Below are positions 23,901 through 36,180 of a stretch of DNA of 64,000 nt, one piece after another; the stretch's first letter is position 1, and each line of letters begins with the position of its first letter. The notes under the pieces are model-generated. The model saw only the letters and a list, made by a program, of their open reading frames with translations, did not search any database and was not told the origin of the DNA. Location of the stretch: NCBI GenBank assembly GCA_001661245.1, contig KV454018.1, positions 307,944 through 371,943 on the forward strand, read 5' to 3'. This DNA comes from Pachysolen tannophilus NRRL Y-2460 (lineage: Eukaryota). The translations under genes were made by a program, and so were the position numbers.

Positions 23901-25800
23901 TGATGATGATGATGATGATGATGACGATGATGATACCCTTTCGAAGATGAAAGATGACTTTGATGCTTTTGCTGAAAAGCAAACTTTACAATTGGAAAAT
24001 CGTCAACCGCAATTTCATATCAAATTGGAAAAGCCCGAATCAGAATCTCCATCTAAACAAACATCAATTATGCCTTTGAATTATGCTCACCTCTCGATGA
24101 TTACTGATGATGAAGAAGATCAAAATGAATCCGAATTTGAGCCAACAACTACAATGACAATCTTACCAGACTCAAAGCCAATTTTCACGTTGAAACAAGT
24201 TGAGGAATTACAGAAAAACCATTCGCGTGATGTGGAATCTTTAGAAGAAACAATCAGTGGTAAAAATGAAGAAATTTCAAATTTGGTTGAAACTTTGAAT
24301 GAATCTAATAAGAAAATTCAACGGATATTATCTCAATTATCAAGTTTAGATGTTGAAAAAAATCAATTACTGGAATCAAATAATTTGTTGAAGATTCAAA
24401 TTTCAAGTTTTGAAACATCTTTGGGTAAAATCAATAAACAATTAAGAATTAAGGATCATAAAAATAATCAAGTTGTTGACAAATTGGCTAAATATAAATC
24501 GAAATTCCATCAAGCTTTCCAAACATTGACAAATGTAAATGATGATATTAATTCATTAAAAGCTAATTTAGAAGTTGAAAAAGATAATAAATTAGAATTA
24601 GAAACTAAGATTAGTACATTAGCAAATACAATTTCTAATTTAAGGGTTAATTTAAAAGAAAAATCAACTGAATTAGAAAATTATTTAATTGAAAAACAAG
24701 ATTTTCTTACAAGAATTCGCAATCAATCTAAAGAAATTGATGAATTGAATGATAAATTAATTGAAAACAATACTCAATTAGAAAATTTAAATGATCAATT
24801 AACTGTTAAAACTAATGAATTAAAAGATTTAAACGATTTTAAAAAAGATTTGGAAAAAAATATAGAGTTGTGCAATAAGACAATAGATGAGTTACAAGAT
24901 AAAAATGAGTCTTTAGAACAAGAAATTTCTGATTTAAAAGAAAATCTTAAAGATAATTCTTTGGAAAATGAATCATATCAAAATGAAATTAATGATTTAA
25001 AATCAAATTCAGAATTAAAACAAAGTCAAATCGAATCATTAAAATTGGAAAAGGAAAATTTGACAGATGAATTAAATATTCTTAGGGATAAATTAGAATT
25101 GATAACTGATAAAAATTTAGATTTTTCTCATCAAATAGAAGAATTAAATACTATAATTGATGAAAAATTACAAGAAAATCATGATTTAACAGAAAAAATT
25201 CAAAAATTAAATTCTAGAATTGAATTTTTAGAAAATAATCAAAGTGATGATTCATTGGAAAAAGATGACAAAATAAGGGATTTAACTGAACAAATAACAG
25301 AATTAACCAATGAAATTGATGAAATTCATGCAAATAACCAAGAAGAAATAAGAACTTATAAAAATAATTTGTCTTCTTTAGAGATTGAATTACAAACTAA
25401 ATCCAAAGAATTAGCAAATAAATCAAATGATTTAAAATTTTTACAATCAGAAAATCAAAAATTACAATCACCTTCTGCTTTAACAAAAGAGATTGAAATC
25501 TTACAGAAAAAATTGAACCAACAAGAAGCTTCAGAAGAGAAAAAATTAGAACAATTAGCTCAAGATTTATATGTTCAATATTCTAAAAAACATGAGCATA
25601 AAGTTTCTATATTGAAAAAGGGTTATGAAACAAAATTTCAAAACAAACTAAGTCTGAAAAATGAAGAATTAAATAATTTAAAATTAGAGATTGAAAGTTT
25701 GAAAAAACAATTAAGTAATGAAAGAGATGAAAAAAATCAATTGGTTAAATTATGGGACCAACTAGTCGAAGTTGAAAATCCTGGCAAAGAGTTGATATGA
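22789..25800 (+). CDS. SLK19: Slk19-like kinetochore/spindle coiled-coil protein (fungal TACC C-terminus)
   Basis: Disordered SP/TP-rich N-half, long coiled coil, LAQDLYVQYSKKHEHKVSILKKGYE; divergent from TOA1 as in S. cerevisiae. Confidence 0.75.
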
Positions 25801-26485
25801 TAGTGAGTCTCTTTTTTTTATTTTTATTATTATTATTAACATGAGGAGTTTTTTTTTTTTTTTATTTTCTTTTCTTTTCTTTTTTCTTTCTATTTGTATT
25901 TGAATACTTTTATCTTTTATATATACTTATCTTTTATCACTTTTTGAGTCTTATTCGCTCATCTTTATAATTTTTATTACCCCATTACTCTACTACATTT
26001 CGTATCTTTTTCCTTTTTGAAAAAAGGATACAAATCCTTTTGGTCCATCAAACTTTTTTAAACCCATTTTTAGTACCAAGAAATCGACTATATTAGTCAC
26101 TTTTCTCTAACTTGACCACTTGAAAACACATATGGGATATTTATCAGTTCGTCTGGACCATACAAAATAATAACACAATTTTCAATATCTTATAAAACAT
26201 TAAAAAGAAAAGAAAAAAACCGATTTATATAATTACAATTCTAGTTTGTTTTGGTACCTACTTATTTTTGTACGTTATAAGAACGCGTAGTCAAAAAAAA
26301 AAAAAAAATTGTTAAAATATTTTTTGCTTATGACTAAAAATTAAAATCAACAACGTTTAAGATGAATGAGAATGAACGGCAAATATTAATCTATTATTCA
26401 TTAAGACCAGCTTCTATTGTTGATTCAATCCGGAAGAAGTAGATAGATTGTTGAAGGACGAAAGGATTGATAATAGAATAGATTG

Positions 26486-29400
26486 ATGATGGAGTCTATA
26501 AGTAGTAGATTAGGCAAGACTTCTGAAGTATTAGAAACTGACCAACAATACCAACAATACCAACAGGGATATTTGGTCCAAAATGATAAATCGAAGGAGG
26601 AACTAATTGAATTGAATAAAAATTTACTAAATGAAATTTCGAGTTTGAAGAAAGATAAGGAATCTTTATATGAAATAGTGATAGAAAAGGATAAGATGAT
26701 AAAGACTTTAAAATTGAAGATATCGGAATACGATAAAAAATTTCAAACGGAATCACCAGCTTCATCTTCTGGGGCCTCTGTAAAGACTCCTATCACTACT
26801 AATTTCAATTTCAATAATAAAGGCGTTAATGGGAGTCAGTCTCATCTTTCACCTCCAGTTGAGGTAATAAATAACGATAGTAATATAAATAATAATAGTG
26901 GAACAGATTCAGTTCCGCCTCCAAGATCATTACAGAGAAAGATTTCAAATAACGGGCCTTATAGAAGCAATAGGTTAACTCCATCTTCTTCAGGAAAAGA
27001 TAGTAATAGCTTGATAGGAAATAGTCCTGATAATAGTATTAATTCTAGAATTCAAAGTCAAGAGAATATTGTATCATCTAATGATTATAGTAATACTACA
27101 ATAACATCTCAAGAAATAACAATGCCAGTATCATCAGTTGATGCCAATAAGACCATTACCTTGGATGAAACAGGGAATAAGAATAAGAATATTAAAAGTG
27201 ATAATGATGATGCTTTACTTCCTGGACTTTCACCTAAAGATTTAATACCTATCAGAAATCCAAACCATCGTATTGTTTCGCCGATAAGTGTGGGAAATGG
27301 AAATGGAACTAGCAACGAGAACGGAGATATCAAGTCCCCTACAAGATCAATAAGGACAGTCAGTTCGTCGTATCTAACATCACCAGAAAGTGCTGCTAGA
27401 AATTCAATAACAACAGCATCTTTGGGTTTCGCCCGTAATAATGCAGATCTTGATCTTGAAACTCCAGAAAACTCACCTACAAAAATGAGGTATAACCCAC
27501 AATTAAAGAATGCTCCTCAACCACAAGTGAGCATTCCTCTTAATGGTATGATTTTAGGATCTACACCAAGAAGGAATCTTTCACCATGTAGAGTTGGTGC
27601 AAGAATGCGTGGAAATAGCAGTCCTGGAGCTTGGATGTCAAGATCACCACTTAAAAATGAAAGTACCAATGCAAATATTGATGATGGATACAACGCAATT
27701 AAAGACAGAAATGTTCATACCCCTCTAGTGTTGGCTAGTGATAATAACGAGGAAGAAGACGAATTTATATTTTCACCATCAAACCTTAATAATAAATCAA
27801 AATCTTCATTGACAAAGACATCAACCCATTCATCATTTGTCTTTTCAGACCACGAAAATCATAATAATAACCATACTAGTAATAATAATAATAATAATGA
27901 TATCAATAAAACTGAGGACATTGATATGGTTGTTCAATACATGAATCAGAAACTAAATACAAACGTCAGTAATGGTGCTGAAAGTGATAACCCGTATATT
28001 GTATCTCATTCTTCCTCGTCACAAACAGCAACCACTGACAATACTCGGAAACCACCTGTGATAGGACCACCCGTGATAGGAAGGCCTCTGTTAACAAATC
28101 AAAATAGTAATAATGTACCAAATATGACCCTAAATCCTCCAGCATCCAGTGGTAACTTTGATAATCGTGTTTCACAAAGTAACACAGAAAATGAATTTAA
28201 TCTGGAAACTCTGAAAAAAGCTGCTGGTTATTCCAATAATACCACTACTAGGTCTACTGCAAGCAGTACAGCTGCTTCAACACCAAATCCAAATTTGAAA
28301 ACTGACGATTTATATACTGAAGATGAATTGAAAGGATTGATGGTGAGACCAGCTGATTTACCGACTACATTAATTTGCGTGGTGAGTGTTATTGACACCA
28401 ATGCTGCGAAAGCAAACAAAAAATCTGATGATCCTTCTATCACTTTTGGATGCTTCTTTGTCGAAGAGAAAACTGGGGAAAGAAGAGAAATCTTCAAATT
28501 TTCTAAGACCTATTCGCAATTATTAGAATTTGACTCGATTATCAGACCTTTTTTCTTCCAACTAGTGCCCTTACCCGAGATTTCTGCTTTTCATAGAACT
28601 ACACCTAATACTATAGAATTTAGAAGACAGATTTTGATGAATTATTTTTTCAAAATATTTGAATTGAGAATAAAACCCAAGGGATTGTCATTATCTATTT
28701 GTCGATTTGTCTCATCCGATGTAATATTTAATTTTGATGTCAATGAAACTGTGATGAAAGAAGGATGTATGTTAAAGAAATCTATAGGGAAATTAAATAC
28801 TGGTAATAACTGGAAAATTGTATGGTGTTCGGTTTATGGATCTACATTTACGATTGATGAATTACATAGTAATCAGCTCCTGACATCTGGAAAGAAAAGT
28901 GTATTGAATGTTACAGAGTGTAAACTCGTCAATGAAGAAGATGGTAAGGATTATAAATATGCGATTTCAATTATAGAGCCGAAGAGAAGTGTATTATCTT
29001 CATCATCGAATAAGATTTTATTATGCGCAGAAAGTAATTTGGATAAAACAGAATGGCTTGAGGCATTGGCGAAGGCTTATAGTAACAATGGTAATGGTGA
29101 TTTTAGCTCGAGCAATACTTCTCTTATCAATGATGCTACAACAATGCACCCCCAGACATCAGATATTTCTTCAGATTCAAGCTCGTTGAAGCATGGTAAA
29201 TACCTTAATAGTCCTGAGGTTCCTGTTACACCTACAATGCGTAGCCATGAAGTTAATGGCAATGGTAGTAATAATAATAACGAAGGAAAAAAGAAAAGAG
29301 TCGGACTTTTCAGTATGAAAAGACAAACTAATATTTTCAACTTGGGAAATAATAGCGGCGGCAATAATAACAATAGCGTCAATGATGAAAAAGTTCAAGA

Positions 29401-30205
29401 CGATTATTTAAGGCCAACAACCATAATCGAACCTACAACAACAGTAACGCGAAATGCAAATGATACTTCATATCAAGCTTCTTCTACACTCACGGAAGAT
29501 AAGACTCCTTCAAGAAATACGGAATCCTCGTATTCATACTCCCCGTATTCTCCGACACCATCTGGAAGTGCTAGCCGTGAATTGTTTGGATCATCGTTAC
29601 AAGAGTCGATTGAGTTGTCATCTTCTGTTTATAAATCGAAGGAAATACCTTCAATATGTTTTAGATGTATTGATTTGTTAGAAAGAGAGGATGCAATATA
29701 TTCAGAAGGTTTGTTCAGATTAACTGGTAAATCTTCTGAAATCAAATTCTTGAACGATTCATTCAATTATAAATACGACTTGGATTTCTATGAATTAGAA
29801 AAATTACCGGATGTTCATTCTGTCTCTACTTTGTTGAAGAGATATCTCAGAAGCTTAAAAGAAAGCGTTATAACACCAGAGTTTATTGATGATTTGAAAA
29901 AATCTGATGCGAATAGTGGAGATAAATTTGTAGAGCTATTGAAAAAAGATGTACATGATTTGAGATTATTACCGGAAGTCAATTATAATTTGCTCTATAT
30001 TATCATAAGCTATTTAACTAAAGTTGTTGATAACAAAGAATATAATAAGATGGATATCAATAACATAACGATGTTGTTTAGTGTTAATTTTAACTGTGAT
30101 GAATACATTTTAGCAGAGTTGATCATAAATTTTAACTACATATTTGATAATACTGGGTCTATTGTCCCTGAGGATAAGAGACCGTTTATTAGAAACAAAA
30201 AATAA
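26486..30205 (+). CDS. BEM3: Cdc42 RhoGAP Bem3 (PX-PH-RhoGAP)
   Basis: PX-like FSKTYSQLLEFD, PH-like KEGCML..W..LLCAES..EWL, RhoGAP EGLFRLTG/LLKRYLR/NKM; linked to HOS3; MCB element ACGCGT at 26283-88. Confidence 0.82.
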   Translation: MMESISSRLGKTSEVLETDQQYQQYQQGYLVQNDKSKEELIELNKNLLNEISSLKKDKESLYEIVIEKDKMIKTLKLKISEYDKKFQTESPASSSGASVKTPITTNFNFNNKGVNGSQSHLSPPVEVINNDSNINNNSGTDSVPPPRSLQRKISNNGPYRSNRLTPSSSGKDSNSLIGNSPDNSINSRIQSQENIVSSNDYSNTTITSQEITMPVSSVDANKTITLDETGNKNKNIKSDNDDALLPGLSPKDLIPIRNPNHRIVSPISVGNGNGTSNENGDIKSPTRSIRTVSSSYLTSPESAARNSITTASLGFARNNADLDLETPENSPTKMRYNPQLKNAPQPQVSIPLNGMILGSTPRRNLSPCRVGARMRGNSSPGAWMSRSPLKNESTNANIDDGYNAIKDRNVHTPLVLASDNNEEEDEFIFSPSNLNNKSKSSLTKTSTHSSFVFSDHENHNNNHTSNNNNNNDINKTEDIDMVVQYMNQKLNTNVSNGAESDNPYIVSHSSSSQTATTDNTRKPPVIGPPVIGRPLLTNQNSNNVPNMTLNPPASSGNFDNRVSQSNTENEFNLETLKKAAGYSNNTTTRSTASSTAASTPNPNLKTDDLYTEDELKGLMVRPADLPTTLICVVSVIDTNAAKANKKSDDPSITFGCFFVEEKTGERREIFKFSKTYSQLLEFDSIIRPFFFQLVPLPEISAFHRTTPNTIEFRRQILMNYFFKIFELRIKPKGLSLSICRFVSSDVIFNFDVNETVMKEGCMLKKSIGKLNTGNNWKIVWCSVYGSTFTIDELHSNQLLTSGKKSVLNVTECKLVNEEDGKDYKYAISIIEPKRSVLSSSSNKILLCAESNLDKTEWLEALAKAYSNNGNGDFSSSNTSLINDATTMHPQTSDISSDSSSLKHGKYLNSPEVPVTPTMRSHEVNGNGSNNNNEGKKKRVGLFSMKRQTNIFNLGNNSGGNNNNSVNDEKVQDDYLRPTTIIEPTTTVTRNANDTSYQASSTLTEDKTPSRNTESSYSYSPYSPTPSGSASRELFGSSLQESIELSSSVYKSKEIPSICFRCIDLLEREDAIYSEGLFRLTGKSSEIKFLNDSFNYKYDLDFYELEKLPDVHSVSTLLKRYLRSLKESVITPEFIDDLKKSDANSGDKFVELLKKDVHDLRLLPEVNYNLLYIIISYLTKVVDNKEYNKMDINNITMLFSVNFNCDEYILAELIINFNYIFDNTGSIVPEDKRPFIRNKK

Positions 30206-30756
30206 CGGAGCTGATTATATAAAGTATATATAGATGGCAGAGGCTTTATCTGTCTTTCTTCTTTTCATTTTTCATCTTTGCTTCCTTTTTATAATTTAAA
30301 CTTCTTTTTCATCCGAAATGGTATTAATAGATATGTTAAAATATAATAACAGTATAAGATTTAAAATATAAAGTTGAGTTCAAAGGCTTACTGTAAAAAC
30401 ATTTTACAAAGAAAGATATCCAATACAACTGGTTTAGGTTGATGAAAATTCAATTCAACGTATAAGCGGCTACAATTATGAAATGACTATTGATGTTAAC
30501 CTCTTGGAATAAAAACAAAACTACTTCTACTCTTCATTAATGTAATTATAATTTCACATTGAGTATATAAATATGTATATATATTATTACTGCACAAAAC
30601 ATAGCAGAATAGTATTAACAGCTACAATAGCAAACACAAACCTTTGACGCTTTTCAAGTTGAAAATTCAAAGCGATATAAAGTAAAATTTATTTAAAAAA
30701 CAAAAGAAGAAAACAAAAGGCAAATAGATAACGACATTTTCTTGCTCGCAGAGCAA

Positions 30757-32412
30757 TCAAACTTTTTGAGATGAGGTAAAGTTGTTGTTCTCATTTTCGT
30801 TTCTCTCCATAGAATTTGTACTGCTTGCTGTAGAAGCATTAGAAGGAGCATTCTCCTTTCTTTCTTCAGAAGGTTTATCGTCAAAGACACCTTCAACTGG
30901 AGGCAATTCAGGAACATATCTTCTTGTTCTCCATGCTGGGATGTTGTCCTGCCACATCTTATCTATTTCTTCTAAAGTCTTTCCCTGGGTTTCTGGAAAG
31001 AAGAACAAGACATTGAAAAACATGGCGACACACAAGACACCAAATATGATATATGTTTTCCAGCTAATATTATGGAATGCTGTTGGGACAAACATTCCCA
31101 AGGCAAAGTTGAAAATCCAATTTAATGAAGTACATAAACCATTTGCCTTAGCTCTTTGTCTATTTGGGAAGATTTCTGAACAATAAACCCAAACACCTGG
31201 ACCCCAAGTTGGAGCAAAACTTGCGACGAAAAGATAAGAACAAGCAATGATTGCCTTTGATGCTGTGTTATTGTAAGAAGGAATTGAGATGGTAATATTT
31301 TCATTACCGTCGAAATCTACAGCTGGGACAGAGTAAACCGCCAAGAGTCCTGCAACAGCAAATAACCATGTAGTCATAAATGCTGCACCAACTAATAGAA
31401 CAACTCTTCTACCTATTCTATCAATAAAGAGCAATGCAGGTATTGTCATTACCACATTAATAACGTATTGAATTGACGAGGCAACTAAATTAGCATTTCC
31501 GCTATAGCCAGCCATTTCAAAAATATAAACGATATAATACATCATAACGTTCATACCACACATTTGTTGCCAAATTTGAGCACACATACCAACACTTGTA
31601 CGTCTAAAGTTTTGTTTGTTAAACAATTCCAAATAAGTGACATCTTTTGCTTCTTGGTCAATAAATGTTTGCTCTTTAATTTCTTCCAATTCTATAAGAA
31701 CATCAGCTTCTTTTAATTTTTGCTTACTACCAATACTTCTAATAATTTGTTCAGCTCTATCCCATTTCCCATGATTTGCTAACCAACGTGGAGATTCTGG
31801 AAGGAATGGAGTACCAACAAACAAGATGATACCAGGAACAATTTGAAGTCCCCAAGCTAATCTAAAACTACCAACACCATCAATGAAAGAACAACCGTAA
31901 CCTATATAAAACATAATCATAATACCAATAGTAACAGCCCATTGGAAAACACCTCCCAACATACCTCTAATTTTCTTTGGAGAAATTTCAGATATATAAC
32001 TTGGTGCTGTAGAAGAGGAAAGCCCAATACCTAATCCAGAAATAAATCTACCACAAATTAACTGAGCTCTATTTTGTGAAGAACTTTGAATCAGAGCACC
32101 AATCATCCAAAGCATAGAAGAAATTTGGAAACAGAAACGACGTCCCAATGGGTCTGAAATAAAAGGAGTACCTAAAGATCCAATAAAAGATCCACCAGCC
32201 ATCGAAGATGAAATACCACCTTGAGTAATAGTATCAGGACTATCGAAAAATTCTAAATAATTTTCTTGAGAAAGGAAGGCTGAAATCGAAGAGATATCAA
32301 AACCAAACATCAACCCACCAAGAGTGGAAATAGCAGCTATGATGAACACATTATGTGTCTTGGGAAATTTATCGTAGAAATTGGAAACAACGTCTGCTCG
32401 ATTTTCAAACAT
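30757..32412 (-). CDS. HGT1: High-affinity hexose transporter, Hgt1 family (sugar porter)
   Basis: GGLMFGFDISS, QIWQQMCGMNVMMYY, PESPRWL, IDRIGRR, PETQGKTLEE, IPAWRT; these are K. lactis Hgt1 / C. albicans Hgt1-2-type signatures. Confidence 0.88.
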   Translation of the reverse strand: MFENRADVVSNFYDKFPKTHNVFIIAAISTLGGLMFGFDISSISAFLSQENYLEFFDSPDTITQGGISSSMAGGSFIGSLGTPFISDPLGRRFCFQISSMLWMIGALIQSSSQNRAQLICGRFISGLGIGLSSSTAPSYISEISPKKIRGMLGGVFQWAVTIGIMIMFYIGYGCSFIDGVGSFRLAWGLQIVPGIILFVGTPFLPESPRWLANHGKWDRAEQIIRSIGSKQKLKEADVLIELEEIKEQTFIDQEAKDVTYLELFNKQNFRRTSVGMCAQIWQQMCGMNVMMYYIVYIFEMAGYSGNANLVASSIQYVINVVMTIPALLFIDRIGRRVVLLVGAAFMTTWLFAVAGLLAVYSVPAVDFDGNENITISIPSYNNTASKAIIACSYLFVASFAPTWGPGVWVYCSEIFPNRQRAKANGLCTSLNWIFNFALGMFVPTAFHNISWKTYIIFGVLCVAMFFNVLFFFPETQGKTLEEIDKMWQDNIPAWRTRRYVPELPPVEGVFDDKPSEERKENAPSNASTASSTNSMERNENENNNFTSSQKV

Positions 32413-32699
32413 TTTTTGTCCATAGAAATAATTAAAAGAAAAAAAAGAGAAAAATACAACTCTGTTAAAAAGGGGAAATTAACAAATATATATACAAATA
32501 TATATATATATATGCTAATACTACATAAGATTTTAAACTCTTTTTTTAAAGTGACATAATTCCTTGGTCATAGTATCAACAATCAACTCATTTTAATAAC
32601 TAGATTACCTCTGTCCGGGAAAGCATTGAACAATTCATTTTTTTATTTGGAGGGTTAAAGACATGCATCCAAAATGCATAACGCAAATTTAAACATTAA

Positions 32700-33580
32700 A
32701 ACTGTTCGGAAAAATAGAAACGAAAAAAACTGACAAGTCACACAATCAAGTCATTAGCTTTTTTAGAGTTTGACTTCTTGTCTAACTTGAAACTTGCTTG
32801 AACCAATAGGAAAAACTGAAGGCACTCCAAGTTAAAAACTGAAAAACTGTAAAAATAAAAAAATGTCACCTTCATGCATCTCCGGAACCGCATAAATATG
32901 CATGGCTAAAATAAGAATTGTGGAGAATTTGGGGACAGGAACTCTGGGGAAATCGGCAGGATTGCTTTTAGGAATAGGAAAAACTAGCCGGTGATCCTTC
33001 TAGAATTGTGCTTCTGAGAGCGGAATAAAGTAAATATATAAAGTCAAATGATTTACGTCCAAGGATTGACGGGGTTTTTTCCCCATAAACTGTCTGCAGC
33101 AGTGCTTAAGATAAATTTCGGGAAATTAGCCAATTAGATCATGAAAGAAGCAGTAATTCAGAACCATGAGTGATCTCATTGCGCATGTGTATACTTGAGG
33201 TTAAAAACTGGGGAACTGCCTGGTGCATTGGTGGGAAGTTTTCCTGAAAGCTTAAAAGTTGGATAAATAGGAGAATGATTTTTAAAGTCAAAGTTAATAC
33301 TGAATTTTAGCTAAATTTGGTCTCTTTAACCTACCTAATTTCACATATTTTTCCATATCTTTTTCTTTTCTTTTTTTTTAGAATCAAGTAAGTCATAACA
33401 CAGGAAAATCTAGTATCTTACTTAGCCTTAGATGTCAAGGATAGAGCAAAGTGGGAGTTCTATCTTTTCCGTGAATAGTGAGCGGGTTAGGGATCTTAAG
33501 ATACAAAACGGAAAATTTTGAATCTTGTTAAGTGATATTTTTAATGTTACAGCTTACAATTTTCAGAACGTTACGTTTTT
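32700..33580. promoter_or_regulatory. HGT1 upstream region with Rgt1-like, Mig1-like and GTRACRTT elements
   Basis: CGGANNA at 32707, 33021, 33509 and rc 33465; SYGGRG at 32920, 32944, 33208; rc GTRACRTT cores at 32862, 33543, 33567. Confidence 0.5.
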
Positions 33581-33635
33581 CCTACATGTTTAAATTAGGT
33601 CAAGGAAATGTAATTCCATTTTTACGTATATAAAA

Positions 33636-34712
33636 TTATTTTTGTAAATAAAGTATTTCAGATAAATTTGTTAATCTTGTTGCAGCCTGTTCAGGTGTTA
33701 GATCTCTTTGAGGTTCGCCCAACAATTCAAAACCAACGAGGAATTTTCTAACTGTAGCACTTCTTAACAATGGTGGGTAAAAATGCATATGGAACCAAGA
33801 AGTATTTTCGGTTTCTTCATCGCACCTTAATGGTGCTTGATGCATTCCCATAGAGTAAGGGAAAGAAGTTTCAAATAAATTATCGTATCTAGTAGTCAAT
33901 CTTTTAATGATATCTGCCAAATCTTTTTTTTGCTTGGTATTAAATTTTTTTATCGAAGTCAAATGTTCTTTGGAAACAATCATGGTTTCAAAAGGCCATA
34001 CGGCCCAATATGGTACCACAGCTATAAAAGAATCATTCTCAACAACAATTCTTTCCCTTTTCTGTAATTCTAATTGGACATAATCACCCAACAAATGTGA
34101 ATTATGGGTTTTCCTATAATTCGACATATTGAGAAGCTCATGATCAACCTCTGTTGGAACAGTATCAAGGCACCAAGCTTGTCCATGAGGATGAGGATTG
34201 GAACATCCCATAGCTGAACCTTTATTTTCAAAAATTTGAACGTACTTAAAAGGTTTAGATGAATCTTTTTGTAAATCCACATACAATTGCTGCCAAATAT
34301 TCACAACTTTTTCAATCAGTTCAATATCCATCTGGGGTAAGGTTAAATTATGTTTTGGAGAAAAACAAATGACAAAACATTGGCCCTTAACACCTTGGGT
34401 ATGGAATAACCTCGACTCTAAAGAATCATCATTATCTTTCTCTTCACTATGATAATCTGGTTGATCTAATTTAACTGCTGAGTAATCATTCGGAAACACA
34501 AAAGTTGTTTGATAGTCTGGATTCACCGGCCCAGTAGCACGTTGATTCCTAGGACAAAGATAACACTTAGGATCATACTCTGGCCTATCATCTTTTGGAA
34601 CATCCTCTTTTTGACCTAACCATGGTCTCTTGGCTCTATGTGGAGAAACCAAAACCCAGCTATTGGATAATGGATTATAACGACGATGTGAGTGATCTGT
34701 AAAATCAAACAT
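33636..34712 (-). CDS. GAL7: Galactose-1-phosphate uridylyltransferase
   Basis: HSHRRYNPL, HRAKRPW.GQ, CYLCP, FENKGSAMGCSNPHPHGQ, LRSATVRKF. Confidence 0.98.
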   Translation of the reverse strand: MFDFTDHSHRRYNPLSNSWVLVSPHRAKRPWLGQKEDVPKDDRPEYDPKCYLCPRNQRATGPVNPDYQTTFVFPNDYSAVKLDQPDYHSEEKDNDDSLESRLFHTQGVKGQCFVICFSPKHNLTLPQMDIELIEKVVNIWQQLYVDLQKDSSKPFKYVQIFENKGSAMGCSNPHPHGQAWCLDTVPTEVDHELLNMSNYRKTHNSHLLGDYVQLELQKRERIVVENDSFIAVVPYWAVWPFETMIVSKEHLTSIKKFNTKQKKDLADIIKRLTTRYDNLFETSFPYSMGMHQAPLRCDEETENTSWFHMHFYPPLLRSATVRKFLVGFELLGEPQRDLTPEQAATRLTNLSEILYLQK

Positions 34713-35072
34713 TTCAAAACAAAGTCTAAGCAGTAGCCCTATTCACTAGATGAAATCAAAGTCAACCATTTAAAACGGGATTTCACAATTATATATATAT
34801 AAATAAATATATGAATATATATATATATATGACCATATATTATTATCTTTTGTCAGAACATGTTCGTGGTACTATTCCTGTTTCGGTCTCGATGTTTCAT
34901 TTTACTTTTTCGTAATGTAACATTCTGCAATTATAGCAATTTTTTGAGTTGAAAAATTTACTAGACGGGACCAGGGTGTAGATTGGTCATTTCAAAATTG
35001 AAAACCTGAAATAAACAAGTCAGTGATAGGACTTGAAATTTAGATGAAACTGTTGTTCTTTGCAAAAAGAGG

Positions 35073-36142
35073 ATGAAAGTTTTGGTTACTGGTGGGGCTG
35101 GGTTCATGTACGTATTGATGAAATAGTGAAACTGTGAAACGTGAATTGTAAGTTTTGAAGGGTTGCTACTAACATTGATGATTTCATGGTTTCGAAATAA
35201 TATAGGGGTTCATGGTCGGTAGAACATTTGGTTGAGAATCAACATGATGTGATTTGCTTTGATAAGTTGTCTTATGGTGGTAATTACCAAAACGTTTCGC
35301 ATTTGGAAAGCTGTAGTAATTTTAAATTTGTCAAGGGAGATATTAAAGATGCCCAATTGGTTTCTAAGTTAATTGAAGAGAACGATATAGACACGATTCT
35401 TAATCTTGCTGCAGAATCAGATGTTGATAGGTCTTTTGTTGAACCTTTGTATTTTACAGAAAATAATGTCTTGGGGACACAATCGTTACTCGAAGTTGTG
35501 AGGAATTCAACACGTAAGATACTTTTCATTCAGATTTCCACAGATGAAGTTTATGGAGAACAAGATGAAAATGCATGTATTGATGAAAATGGGAAATTAA
35601 ATCCAACCAATCCTTACTCTGCTACTAAAGCTGCTATTGATTTAATTTTAAGCGTTTATAAATTATCATACAAGTTACCCATTATAATTGTGAGAAGTAA
35701 CAATGTTTATGGACCAAGACAATACCCAGAGAAAATTATACCGAATTTCATAGTTAATTTGTTGAAAAATCAACCCCTTGTCATTCATGGGAATGGTGAA
35801 AATAAAAGAAAATATTTATATGTTAAAGATTTTGTCCGAGTTATTGATTTAATGTTAACAAGAGGTAAAATTGGAGAAACTTATAACATTGGTACGGATT
35901 TTGAAATTTCAAATTTAGATCTCTCAAAAATGTTGGTTGATAATTTTCATAATTCTCAAAGTGAAATAATTTTTGGTAAAGATAGATTATTTAATGATTC
36001 TAGATATAATATAGATTTTGATAAATTGAAAAAATTAGGATGGCAACCTGAGATAGAATTTTCTCAAGGTTTAAGTGAAACAATTACTTGGTATAAAAAA
36101 TTTGGATTACACTGGTGGACCGATATAAAAGACAACAAGTAA
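35073..36142 (+). CDS. GAL102: dTDP/UDP-glucose 4,6-dehydratase (RmlB-like; GAL102/ORF-X), spliced: join(35073..35107,35206..36142)
   Basis: Exon 1 supplies the Rossmann start MKVLVTGGAGF(M)GS; intron has GTACGT, TACTAAC (35167-73) and TAG; STDEVYG, YSATK, NNVYGPRQYPEK, DRLFNDSRY. Confidence 0.9.
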
Positions 36143-36180
36143 AAAGCTTAAATTTTTATCTAGATATTTATGTATTTTAT

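Noticed and set aside
23776..23982. Poly-Ile antisense ORF
   Set aside because: Reverse reading of the (AAT)n(GAT)n coding microsatellite in the SLK19-like gene.
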